Assembly (NCBI GenBank): GCA_003194425.1 | Contig: PQXB01000002.1 | Span: 48,677-80,676, forward strand | From: Candidatus Methanophagaceae archaeon | Lineage (GTDB): Archaea; Halobacteriota; Syntropharchaeia; Alkanophagales; Methanospirareceae | Direction of reading: 5' to 3' | Length of the DNA stretch: 32,000 nucleotides | The notes under the pieces: model-generated | What the model was told of the DNA's origin: nothing | The model's database searches: none | Seen by the model: only the letters and a program-made list of their open reading frames with translations | Made by a program: the position numbers and the translations under genes | In this document: positions 19,564 to 26,972 of the stretch, one piece after another | How the letters are laid out: the number at the start of each line of letters is the position of its first letter | Numbering within the stretch: the first letter of the stretch is position 1

Positions 19564-20208
19564 TCATTTTTCCTCTCTCTCCCCTCCTTTCTTCTCCTTT
19601 ACCTCCCCTTTCTCCTCTGAGTCGGAGGTAGCAGAAGCAGTAGAAACGGAAAACGGAGCGTTCCCGTAGTAGCCGATTTCCCGCTCCTCCTCCATGCTCA
19701 CGAGATAAGAAGGGACAGTAACCCTCGCGCCGTTAACCGCGATGTGGCCGTGAACGATGAATTGCCGAGCCTGTTTTATCGAGTTGGAGAGGTCTTTCTT
19801 AAAAACCCGCGTCTGCAGTCTCCTTTCCAAAATGTCTTCTATTCCCATCGCCAAAACATCCTCCAATCCCAATCCCAAACTCGTGCCCGCAGTTTCAACT
19901 TCTCCAACTTCTCCAACCCCTCCAAATTCTCCAACCGCCTCTTTCAGCACGCCTTTCCTCCTTAAGCCTGCTAAAATCTCCTCCCGCTTTTTCATTGTGT
20001 GCTCCGTAGGCGTCCCTCCTGCGATTTCCGCTAAAATCTTTCTCACCTCCCGCCGGTAGTCCCGCACAAAACTCTCCGCCTTCCACACCTCGCTCTTGTT
20101 CTTCAGCCCGTACTTCTCCGCTAACTCCTTCTCCTCTTTTATCCGCTCCGCCACCCACGGTCTTCGTGGTCGCTCGTACGACTTCTTTCTCTTCTTTGGA
20201 TGCCCCAT
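19564..20208 (-). CDS. rps4: 30S ribosomal protein S4 (uS4) with an internal repeat and a purine-tract-encoded C-terminal tail
   Basis: GHPKKRKKSYERPRRPW...EKELAEKYGLKNKSEVWKAES...RRLQTRVFK...ARQFIVHGHIAVNGARVTVPSYLV matches uS4. A 9-bp repeat (ttctccaac-like) is at about 19896-19937. Confidence 0.9.
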   Translation of the reverse strand: MGHPKKRKKSYERPRRPWVAERIKEEKELAEKYGLKNKSEVWKAESFVRDYRREVRKILAEIAGGTPTEHTMKKREEILAGLRRKGVLKEAVGEFGGVGEVGEVETAGTSLGLGLEDVLAMGIEDILERRLQTRVFKKDLSNSIKQARQFIVHGHIAVNGARVTVPSYLVSMEEEREIGYYGNAPFSVSTASATSDSEEKGEVKEKKGGEREEK

Positions 20209-20209
20209 T

Positions 20210-20779
20210 TTATTTTCCTCTTTCCCCTGTTTTAGGTTTTGTTTTAGCCAACAGCTTCTTCCTCGACACCCCCACGACCAGCCCTCGCCGACCCGTTGAC
20301 CGTGTCCTCTGCCCCCTCACTTTTAGCCCTCTCTCGTGTTTTATCCCACGGTAAGACCGAATTTTACGCAGCAGATTTATGTCGTCTCGCAGTTTCAGCA
20401 GCAGGTCCGAGCCCAAAATATGCTTGTTTTCTCCTGTAATTAAGTCTTTCCTCCTGTTCAACATCCAGCTCGGCAGTCGCTTCTCGGCACTCTTGATCGC
20501 AGCCCGCAGCCGTTCTATTTCGCCGTCCGAGAGCTCGCCCATTTTCGCCAACGGGTCAATTCCCGAAGAAACCGCAATCGTCTTCGCCACTCGCCTGCCA
20601 ATCCCTTTTATCCCGCAGAGCGAGTGTGCGACGCCTCTTTTACCGTCCAAGTCAGCGTCCAAAATCCTGACAATGTGCCGGAACTCCCGCTCTTCTTCGC
20701 CTGCTTCTACTTCTACTTCGCCTTCTTCTGCCTCTGCCCCTGCTCCTTTTCTCTCTCTCTCGTCACTCATTTTGCACAC
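20210..20779 (-). CDS. rps13: 30S ribosomal protein S13 (uS13) with an acidic N-terminal extension
   Basis: FRHIVRILDADLDGKRGVAHSLCGIKGIGRRVAKTI...IRSYRGIKHERGLKVRGQRTRSTGRRG matches uS13. The N-terminal AGAEAEEGEVEVEAGEEE is encoded at about 20689-20770. Confidence 0.9.
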   Translation of the reverse strand: MCKMSDERERKGAGAEAEEGEVEVEAGEEEREFRHIVRILDADLDGKRGVAHSLCGIKGIGRRVAKTIAVSSGIDPLAKMGELSDGEIERLRAAIKSAEKRLPSWMLNRRKDLITGENKHILGSDLLLKLRDDINLLRKIRSYRGIKHERGLKVRGQRTRSTGRRGLVVGVSRKKLLAKTKPKTGERGK

Positions 20780-20836
20780 ACAACTTCTAAAAAAACTTTT
20801 TATTAACTTTAATACTTTTTCCGCTTGTCAAAGTCA

Positions 20837-20935
20837 CGCCGAGGAAGGGATTTGAACCCTTGAGTTCCTTTCGGAACACAGGCTACCTGTTTCTTGGGAC
20901 TCCAGGCCTGCGCCTTACCACTCAGCCACCTCGGC
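20837..20935 (-). tRNA. tRNA-Ser (anticodon GGA), class II, with a 15-nt intron at the canonical 37/38 position (about 20885-20899)
   Basis: Hand fold of the reverse complement: acceptor GCCGAGG/CCTCGGC, discriminator G, 3-bp D stem, and anticodon stem CAGGC...GCCTG interrupted after CTGGAG by TCCCAAGAAACAGGT. The variable arm is GTTCC-GAAA-GGAAC. The T arm is AAGGG-TTCAAAT-CCCTT. No CCA is encoded. Confidence 0.85.
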
Positions 20936-22139
20936 TCTTCCAACCTCTTTTATAAGTTCCGGGCTTCATAAACACCCGCTCAGTCTCTACGCAGACACCC
21001 TTCTCTGCTTTGAGCATTTCTTCCGCACCCAGCTTCGCCCTCCCCACGCCCACTGCTTCTCCTTTCAGCGTGTAAATTACTACGCGGTCCCCTCTATTTA
21101 TCTCTTCTTTTCCTTCCTCTTTTCCTTCCTCTTTTCCATCCTCTTTTCCATCCTCTTTTCCATCCTCTTTTCCTTCCTCTTTTCCTTCCTCTTTTCCTTC
21201 TTCTCCCTCTTTCTCTCCAACCTGCAAAATCCCCGGTGCTGCGAGGTCGGCACCGTGACAAATCGCGTCGACCGCACTGTCCTTCACGACAACGCTCGGC
21301 AAGCCTGCCTTTCGCAACGCAAATTCAATCGGCACGACGAGTTTCCGCAGAAGGCTCTCGTCACCTGTCTCCTCGTAAAAAACAAACGCGTCCTTCAAGT
21401 CCTGCAACCTCGTAAGACCGTCGGTCTCGTCAAACGGGAACGCTTTCGTCCGCCGCAACTCTGACATGTGCGCTCCCACGCCCAAAACAAGCCCAATGTG
21501 GTGGCAGAGCATTCTTATGTAAGTCCCCGCCTCGCAGCCCACTCGCAGCAGCACCTCCCTGCCCTCTTTCCTGCCCGCCACTTCTTTTACCTCGCTGTAG
21601 TGCACGGTTCTCACCCGCACCCGCCTCTTGACCGCGGACTTCAGCGGCGGTCTCTGGTAAATCCTACCCACGAACTCCTCGCAGACCCGCCTCACCGCTG
21701 CCTCCGCCGCCTCTCCCCCGGCCTCTCCCCTTCCCTTTTCCCCTCCCTCTCCCCTTCCCTTTTCCCCTCCCTCTCCCCTTCCCTTTTCCCCTCCCTCTCC
21801 CTCCTTTTCCCCTCCCTCTCCTACCTCACCGTGCAGTTTCATCACGCAGACGTACTCCTTGTCGCCGACGAAACAGTTGGCTAACTTCCTCGCCGCTCCG
21901 AGCAGGACAGGCAGCACGCCCGTAACATTCGGGTCAAGCGTCCCTGTGTGCGCCGCCTTGCTCAGCCCCAAAATCTGCTTCACCCACGCAACGACCTCGT
22001 GCGAAGTCGGTCCCGCAGGCTTGTCCAAGACAACCACGCCTTTCTCGAGGTGCTCCCGAATTGGGCGAGCCTCTGGCGCACACCCACACCTCGGGTCGGT
22101 CTGGTAGGTAAAAGAAGATTTGCTTTTGCTCTTTTTCAT
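20922..22139 (-). CDS. cbf5: H/ACA RNP pseudouridine synthase Cbf5 (TruB family plus PUA) with two large repeat inserts
   Basis: GVVVLDKPAGPTSHEVVAWVKQILGLSKAAHTGTLDPNVTGVLPVLLG is the TruB catalytic motif. A C-terminal PUA domain is present (DSAVDAICHGADLAAPGI...GDRVVIYTLKGEAVGVGRA). The last 14 nt overlap the tRNA-Ser 5' end. Confidence 0.9.
   Translation of the reverse strand: MKKSKSKSSFTYQTDPRCGCAPEARPIREHLEKGVVVLDKPAGPTSHEVVAWVKQILGLSKAAHTGTLDPNVTGVLPVLLGAARKLANCFVGDKEYVCVMKLHGEVGEGGEKEGEGGEKGRGEGGEKGRGEGGEKGRGEAGGEAAEAAVRRVCEEFVGRIYQRPPLKSAVKRRVRVRTVHYSEVKEVAGRKEGREVLLRVGCEAGTYIRMLCHHIGLVLGVGAHMSELRRTKAFPFDETDGLTRLQDLKDAFVFYEETGDESLLRKLVVPIEFALRKAGLPSVVVKDSAVDAICHGADLAAPGILQVGEKEGEEGKEEGKEEGKEDGKEDGKEDGKEEGKEEGKEEINRGDRVVIYTLKGEAVGVGRAKLGAEEMLKAEKGVCVETERVFMKPGTYKRGWKSRGG
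21107..21202 (-). repeat. 12-bp tandem repeat x8 (cttttccttcct x2, cttttccatcct x3, cttttccttcct x2, cttttccttctt) encoding (EEGK)/(EDGK) inside the Cbf5 PUA region
   Basis: Unit boundaries were verified every 12 nt from 21107. Confidence 0.92.
21715..21826 (-). repeat. 24-bp-period repeat (3 or more units) encoding GEGGEKGR repeats in the Cbf5 catalytic domain
   Basis: The landmark cttttc recurs at 21735, 21759, 21783 and 21804. The outer boundaries are approximate. Confidence 0.8.
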
Positions 22140-22142
22140 CTC

Positions 22143-22171
22143 GTTTTTAAATACAAGAATAATTCTAAAAT
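22143..22171. promoter_or_regulatory. 32-nt AT-rich divergent spacer with two TATA-like strings (cbf5 / DUF167 gene); both mRNAs may be leaderless
   Basis: tttttaaata (22144-22153) lies about 23 nt from the ATG at 22172. tattttagaa on the minus strand (22163-22172) lies about 25 nt from the cbf5 ATG at 22139. Confidence 0.3.
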
Positions 22172-22399
22172 ATGAAAAAAATCACGGTTAAAGTTATTCC
22201 AAATTCAAGCGTGGAGCAGGTAGTTGAAGCCAAGCCACCGTTCGAGCCTGCGTCGCTAACAGTAAAAGTAAAAGAGCCACCGACAAAAGGCAAGGCAAAT
22301 AAAGCCGTGGTTAAACTCCTCTCAAAACACTTCAACGCTGGCGTGAGAATCGTGTCAGGAGCGAAGAGCAGGAAGAAAATCGTGGAGGTTGAAAAATGA
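22172..22399 (+). CDS. DUF167 (YggU/UPF0235) family protein
   Basis: VKVIPNSS...LTVKVKEPPTKGKANKAVVKLLSKHF...VRIVSGAKSRKKIVEV matches the DUF167 pattern. Confidence 0.8.
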   Translation: MKKITVKVIPNSSVEQVVEAKPPFEPASLTVKVKEPPTKGKANKAVVKLLSKHFNAGVRIVSGAKSRKKIVEVEK

Positions 22400-23055
22400 G
22401 GGCTTTCGTCGCAGTGGATTTGTCCAAAGAAATTCGGGCGAAACTAAAAGTAGTGCAGAAGCAGTTTGCAGATTTTGGGACAGTGCAAGGGCAGGAGCAG
22501 GGTCAGGAGCAGTTGAGACAGAAATTGAAGTTCATGAATCCGTGGCAGACGCACCAGACGGTGAAGTTTCTGGGCGAAGTCCCTGCAGAACGTGTTGTAG
22601 ATGTTAAAGTGGCGTTGGCAGGAGTGAGTCAGAGTCCGTTTGAGGTGGCGTTGCGGGGTGTGGGCTTCTTTCCTGTGCCTCCGCTGAAGACGAAGACTGG
22701 GAAGGCGAAGGCGAGAGTGAAAACCGTAAGGGTTGTTTGGGTTGGGATTGAGGAAGGGGCGGAAGAGTTGCGGGCGTTGCAGGAGGAGGTGGAGTCGCAG
22801 TTGCAGGCGGCGGGCGTTGACTTTCCGCCTGAAAGACGAGGACCGTTCAGTGCGCACGTTACGCTCTGCCGTGTGAAGAAGCCGTTGTCGAAGGACGAGT
22901 TGCAGGCGGTTCTGCGGAAGGTTGCGGAGTTGAAGGCGGTGGAAGTGGGGAGGACGCGAGTGGAGGTGCTGAAACTGAAGAAGAGCACGCTCACGCCGAA
23001 GGGACCTGTTTACGAGGATTTGTTTGTGAAGCGGTTGGGAAATCAGAGGGAATAA
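22396..23055 (+). CDS. thpR: RNA 2',3'-cyclic phosphodiesterase (ThpR/LigT, 2H phosphoesterase)
   Basis: MRAFVAVDL is followed by two HxT motifs (HQTVKFLGE and HVTLCRVK). GQEQGQEQ is encoded by a 12-bp x2 repeat at 22489-22512. Confidence 0.85.
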   Translation: MRAFVAVDLSKEIRAKLKVVQKQFADFGTVQGQEQGQEQLRQKLKFMNPWQTHQTVKFLGEVPAERVVDVKVALAGVSQSPFEVALRGVGFFPVPPLKTKTGKAKARVKTVRVVWVGIEEGAEELRALQEEVESQLQAAGVDFPPERRGPFSAHVTLCRVKKPLSKDELQAVLRKVAELKAVEVGRTRVEVLKLKKSTLTPKGPVYEDLFVKRLGNQRE

Positions 23056-23075
23056 AGCGAATAGAAAGAGCAGAA

Positions 23076-23520
23076 ATGAATGAGCCGAAGAGAGTTACAT
23101 TAACAGATTTCTTGCACTTGAGAAAGGGGGGAGAGTATTGTTTGGGCTCGTTGGAGTTGCGGCTGCGGCAGAACGCGTTTAAAGTGGTTGAATTCCAGAG
23201 AAAGCGGTTGGAGAGCGTGGAAAAGAGCGTCCTCTTCAGAAGGAACGAATAAACCAGCACCGGCAGACGGTCGACGAGGCGAAGCGGAGTTTAATCGCAG
23301 GTTCGAGCATCTCGTGGCGTTGCACCGGAAGAGTCTGCAGGCTCTTACAGGGAAGTTGAACGCTCTGAGCCCGCTGGCGATTCTGTTCGCGGCTGCCTGG
23401 GGGGGAGGTGGTGAAAAGTGTGGCGGAGGTTGAGGTAGGAGGGGTGTTGAAAGTGCAGTTTAAGGACGGAGAAGCGGTTTCAGAGGTTAAGGAGAAGAGG
23501 GTTCTTTTTTCAGAAAAAAT
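23076..23520 (+). pseudogene. Remnant of an exodeoxyribonuclease VII large-subunit (XseA)-like C-terminus, fragmented over three frames
   Basis: Frame 0 gives a coiled-coil-like LELRLRQNAFKVVEFQRKRLESVEKS. Frame 1 gives HRKSLQALTGKLNALSPLAIL and frame 0 gives RGC (RGY-like). Frame 2 gives GGEVVKSVAEVEVGGVLKVQFKDGEAVSEVKEKRV. This follows the order of the XseA C-terminal signature (LSP..L.RGY....G.vv.s...v..Gd.l.v.l.DG...a.V). No N-terminal OB or catalytic part is present. Confidence 0.5.
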
Positions 23521-23574
23521 ACTTTACGATTTATTCAACACAGCACTACTTAACAGATTTGGAGAAAGAAGAAA

Positions 23575-23976
23575 ATGCAAGTAGTAGTAAGCGACACGAA
23601 GAGCGGGAAGGCGTACAAGGTGGCGGGCAAGGACGCGGAGGCGAGTGCGTTGTTCGTCGGGAAGCGAATTGGGGAAGTTGTGAATGCGGAGATTCTCGGG
23701 CTGGGCGGCTACGAGTTGGAAATAACTGGTGGCTCGGACAAGCAGGGAATGCCGATGCGGAAAGATGTCTCGGGGGCTGCGAGGAAGCGGATTTTAATCT
23801 CTTCCCCTCCTGGCTACCGCCCGAAAGAGCGAGGCAAGAGGCGAAGAAAATCGGTCAGAGGCAACGAAATCTCAACCGAAATCTCGCAGATAAACACGAG
23901 GATAAAAAACTACGGGGCGAGGCCAGTTGAGGAGTTGCTCGCAAAACACGATAAAAATAGAAGGGAAAAGGGCTAA
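23575..23976 (+). CDS. rps6e: 30S ribosomal protein S6e
   Basis: VVVSDTKSGKAYKV...FVGKRIGEVVNAEILGLGGYELEITGGSDKQGMPMRKDVSG..RKRIL...GYRP matches S6e. Confidence 0.9.
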   Translation: MQVVVSDTKSGKAYKVAGKDAEASALFVGKRIGEVVNAEILGLGGYELEITGGSDKQGMPMRKDVSGAARKRILISSPPGYRPKERGKRRRKSVRGNEISTEISQINTRIKNYGARPVEELLAKHDKNRREKG

Positions 23977-24090
23977 CAAAACATTGTCACGCTCCTCTTA
24001 TCTTCAGCGAAAGGAACAGCGAAAAGACAAAAGAAAATAAATTTATTACAAGGAAACGGAGATAAATAAGAGGGGAGAAAAAATTAGGAG

Positions 24091-24348
24091 GTGAGAGACA
24101 AAATGTTGTTCATAACATGCGTAAAGGTGAATCCGGGAATGGTGAAGTCGGCGAGAGAGTTCGGGGACGAAATGATCGCGAACCCACCCAAAGGTGTGAA
24201 GTTCCTGCAGGCGTACCACACGCTGGGCAGGTACGACGCGATTTGGATCTACGAAGCCGAAGACCCTGAAGTAATCAAAGACTTCCTTCATCAAAGCAGG
24301 GAAGTCGCAACGACCGAGACCTGGGTTGCCTTTGAACGCAGAATCTAA
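24091..24348 (+). CDS. GYD-domain protein
   Basis: MLFITCVKVNP...GVKFLQAYHTLGRYDAIWIYEAEDPEVIKDFL...EVATTETWVAF follows the GYD family pattern (G-R-Y-D). The start may be at 24103. Confidence 0.65.
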   Translation: MRDKMLFITCVKVNPGMVKSAREFGDEMIANPPKGVKFLQAYHTLGRYDAIWIYEAEDPEVIKDFLHQSREVATTETWVAFERRI

Positions 24349-24428
24349 GCCAAGCAAGGCTGCAGAAGAGAAACAAGGAAGGCAAGGCACAAAACAAAAG
24401 CGAGGGGATCCCTAACTCAGACGGTCCC

Positions 24429-24442
24429 TTTTTTATTTTTTT
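24429..24442 (+). terminator. Oligo-T termination signal after the GYD gene (ttttttatttttttat)
   Basis: Two T runs (6 and 7 nt) lie in the convergent spacer. They are preceded by GGGATCCC and GGTCCC GC-rich elements. Confidence 0.35.
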
Positions 24443-25676
24443 ATCTTTCTTCTTTGAGTAACTGCCGCATCAAATCTCCTGCCCTCGCGTCCAACACGCC
24501 TCTGCCCGCAGCCAAGCTGCACTGTCTTGCGAAGATTTCGTCAAAATGATTTTGAGCGTGGGCTTGAGCGTGGGCTTGAGCGTGGGCTTGTGGCGAAGAG
24601 AAAATTGCGAACGGCACTGGCTCTCTCGTGTGCGTCCGCAGGGAGACGGGCGTGTAGTGGTCGGGCAAGACCAGGACTTTAAAATCCGCAAACTCCTGCT
24701 CCAACCCCTGTAACATTTTTCCCACAACCAGCGCGTCAAAATCCTCAATCGCCTTCACTTTCAGGTCAATCTCGCCGAGATGCCCCGCCTCGTCCGGTGC
24801 TTCTACGTGCAGCAAAACAAAATCCCGCTCCTTCAAACTCCGCAACGCGTTCTCCACCTTGCCCTCGTAGTTCGTGTCAAAATACCCTGTCGCACCCGGC
24901 ACCTCCACCGCCTCCAGACCCACGCACCGCCCGATCCCTTTTATGAGGTCAACCCCCGAAATCACCGAACCGCCACCACTCACTCCGTACCGCCCACTGA
25001 ACGCAGGCATTTCAGGCTTCCTGCCGCCGCTCCAGAGCCACACCAAATTCGCCTTCTCCGCCTTCCCAAATATTTCCCTCGAGGCAAGCACAATCTCCCG
25101 CAAAACCCCCTCTCTCGGCAGTTCCTCCTCTACCCGTGCGCCGATTATGTCGTGTGGCGGCGCTCCTCCAATCTCTTTCGCCCCCGCAAAAATATTATTT
25201 TTGGATTCGGACTTGAGAACCAAAATGTTTCGGTAACTCACTCCTGGATAAAATTCGCACCCGCTCCCCCCTAATTCCTCGTTAAGCGCTGCAATTAATC
25301 CCCTCGCCTCTTCGTTTGTCGGATGCCCGCCGCTGTAGTCCGCAAACTTTCCCTCTCGCACAGTTACGAGGTTGCACCTAAATGCGAGGTCGCCCTCCTC
25401 GAGAGGCACACGCATTCCCAACGCCTCCAGCGGACCCCGACCAGTGTAATATTTCGCAGGGTCGTAGCCGAGAATAGAGAGCGTAGCAATGTCGCTCCCC
25501 GCTGCCAGCCCCTCTGGAATTGTTTTCACCAACCCGCAGACGCCCGCGGTAGCGACGAAGTCGAGGTTTGGCGTTGCTGCGATTTGCAAAGCCGTCTTGC
25601 CGCCCCGTTCAGGAATCGGGTAGTCCGCCATTCCGTCCCCTATCAAAATTACATATTTCATCTCCTCGTCTAACAA
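24441..25676 (-). CDS. apgM: Cofactor-independent phosphoglycerate mutase, archaeal type (ApgM)
   Basis: KYVILIGDGMADYPI...GGKTALQIAATPNLD...GSDIATLSILGYDP..YYTGRGPLEALG...HVEAPDEAGH matches ApgM. Confidence 0.9.
   Translation of the reverse strand: MLDEEMKYVILIGDGMADYPIPERGGKTALQIAATPNLDFVATAGVCGLVKTIPEGLAAGSDIATLSILGYDPAKYYTGRGPLEALGMRVPLEEGDLAFRCNLVTVREGKFADYSGGHPTNEEARGLIAALNEELGGSGCEFYPGVSYRNILVLKSESKNNIFAGAKEIGGAPPHDIIGARVEEELPREGVLREIVLASREIFGKAEKANLVWLWSGGRKPEMPAFSGRYGVSGGGSVISGVDLIKGIGRCVGLEAVEVPGATGYFDTNYEGKVENALRSLKERDFVLLHVEAPDEAGHLGEIDLKVKAIEDFDALVVGKMLQGLEQEFADFKVLVLPDHYTPVSLRTHTREPVPFAIFSSPQAHAQAHAQAHAQNHFDEIFARQCSLAAGRGVLDARAGDLMRQLLKEER
24552..24587 (-). repeat. Perfect 12-bp tandem repeat x3 (ttgagcgtgggc) encoding QAHAQAHAQAHAQ near the ApgM C-terminus
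   Basis: Units are at 24552, 24564 and 24576. Confidence 0.9.
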
Positions 25677-25717
25677 TATTTATCATAGTTTTAATATTAT
25701 CAATCGTGAGAGAGCAG

Positions 25718-26386
25718 ATGGAGACAGAAATACCGCTGAGGGAAATAATGGTGCGTCGGGTAGTGAAGGGCGACGGGGAGTTGAGCGTGCGGGAGGCGGC
25801 GGAGCTGATGAAGAAATACGATGTGGACAGCGTTGTAGTCGTTAGACGGGGCGGAGGAGAAGGAGGTGAGCCAGTGGGAATTGTCACGCACGGCGACATA
25901 ATTAACGGGGTGGTAAGTAAGGACACAAAGCCCAGCAGCGTGAAATTGAAGGAGATAATGACGACGCCGCTGATAACTGCCTCTCCCAACGACCGCCTGT
26001 CCGAGGTAGCGAAGAAGATGGCGGAGGAGCGGATAGGAAAAATACCAGTGCTTGAGGACGGCAAGTTGGTCGGCATCGTTGCGGATGTTGATATTCTCTC
26101 GGTCTCGTCGGAGATGAACTCGATTTTGGCGGATTTAATCGAGATGCACGTCAGCGAACGAGAGGTTCTTAGGGCAGAGACACTGAGGACAGGGCGAGAG
26201 GGCGGAGAAGACAGGGAGGAAGGAGAAGAAGGAGAAGAAGGTGAAGAAGGTGAAGAAGGTGAAGAAGAAAGAATGGGGCAGGGAATATGCGAAAAATGCG
26301 GCAGCTTCTCAAGTAGCCTGGAACTGAAAGACGGGGTAATGGTCTGCGAGACCTGCAGCGAGGAGATGGAAAGGGTAGAGGGTTAA
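25718..26386 (+). CDS. CBS-pair domain protein with a C-terminal zinc ribbon and an acidic repeat linker
   Basis: IMVRRVVKGD...VDSVVVV...PVGIVTHGDII and IMTTPLITASPNDRLSEVAKKMAEERIGKIPVLEDGKLVGIVADVDIL form two CBS motifs. The C-terminus has CEKCG...CETC. I chose the Met at 25718 rather than the ORF-track start at 25568, which overlaps apgM. Confidence 0.8.
   Translation: METEIPLREIMVRRVVKGDGELSVREAAELMKKYDVDSVVVVRRGGGEGGEPVGIVTHGDIINGVVSKDTKPSSVKLKEIMTTPLITASPNDRLSEVAKKMAEERIGKIPVLEDGKLVGIVADVDILSVSSEMNSILADLIEMHVSEREVLRAETLRTGREGGEDREEGEEGEEGEEGEEGEEERMGQGICEKCGSFSSSLELKDGVMVCETCSEEMERVEG
26222..26266 (+). repeat. 9-bp tandem repeat x5 (ggagaagaa x2, ggtgaagaa x3) encoding (GEE)5 in the CBS protein linker
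   Basis: Units occur every 9 nt from 26222. Confidence 0.9.
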
Positions 26387-26400
26387 ATTATTTATCCATT

Positions 26401-26972
26401 GTGTCTTACGCAGACAAGATTTTAGAAATAAGCAGACCTTACCTCGTAAAAACTTTCTCTAAAGGGCGTTTAGAGGCTTTTTTGGAAGACTACATTCGTT
26501 TTGTCAAAGAAGATTTTCAAGAGCAGTACCAAGGCATTAACGAGGTTTTGTCGAAGGTTCATTTAATGGTCACTTCGCCGCCTTACTTCGCCGCCTTACT
26601 ACAACGCCCGCTCGCAGTGGTGAGAGACTTGAACGAATATTTGGAGGGGATGCAAAGAATTATGTCTGTAAGGACTGCGGAAGAAAGAGGAATTTAACGC
26701 CCTCTTTGGTCTGCAAAAAATGCGGTAAAGACTTTTCCAAGAGGCAGAAGAGCAAAATCATTGCCAAGAAAAACTACACAACAAAATTCCGCAGCGTTCA
26801 AGTGAAAAGTTCAAGAATTGAATCCAAAGGACCAAGACAGGCAACATTTCAGTGCGAAGGACTTTGGGAAGTGGAAAGAGTTTTTAAACAGGTTTGCCAA
26901 GTTGGAATAATTTTTTACCCCCTAAAAATGAGCCTTTCCTTTTCAGTCCCTGATTCCCACTTTCGAGACTGA
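26401..26972 (+). pseudogene. Possible fragment of an N4/N6 DNA methyltransferase (motif IV only) followed out of frame by a CxxC...CxxC zinc-ribbon ORF
   Basis: A frame-1 ORF with a GTG start contains VHLMVTSPPYF, which is SPPY/DPPY-like motif IV, and later EYLEGM. Frame 0 is open from 26541 and reads KNYVCKDCGRKRNLTPSLVCKKCGKDF. I saw no AdoMet-binding FxGxG motif anywhere. By eye the region is AT-richer and has none of the purine repeats. Confidence 0.3.

Noticed and set aside
21107-21202. Regular short repeats (here and at 1504-1611, 6097-6170, 13456-13509) considered as possible CRISPR arrays.
   Set aside because: The units are 9-27 nt, directly abutting with no spacers. They lie in frame inside conserved CDSs, and no cas genes are present.
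20837-23055. The neighbourhood intron-tRNA / cbf5 / DUF167 / thpR considered as a dedicated RNA-processing or repair module.
   Set aside because: cbf5 and the DUF167-thpR pair are divergently transcribed. The association is only thematic, and I know of no evidence linking these functions. It is likely coincidental in a housekeeping region.
23559-23930. 123-aa ORF overlapping rps6e in another frame.
   Set aside because: The S6e frame has unmistakable family motifs. The overlapping frame is G/R/E-rich with no recognisable features.
25568-25717. N-terminal 50-aa extension of the CBS-protein ORF, which the ORF track starts at 25568.
   Set aside because: The extension overlaps the apgM 5' coding region on the opposite strand and has no CBS-like sequence. 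The Met at 25718 follows an AT-rich spacer and begins the conserved domain.
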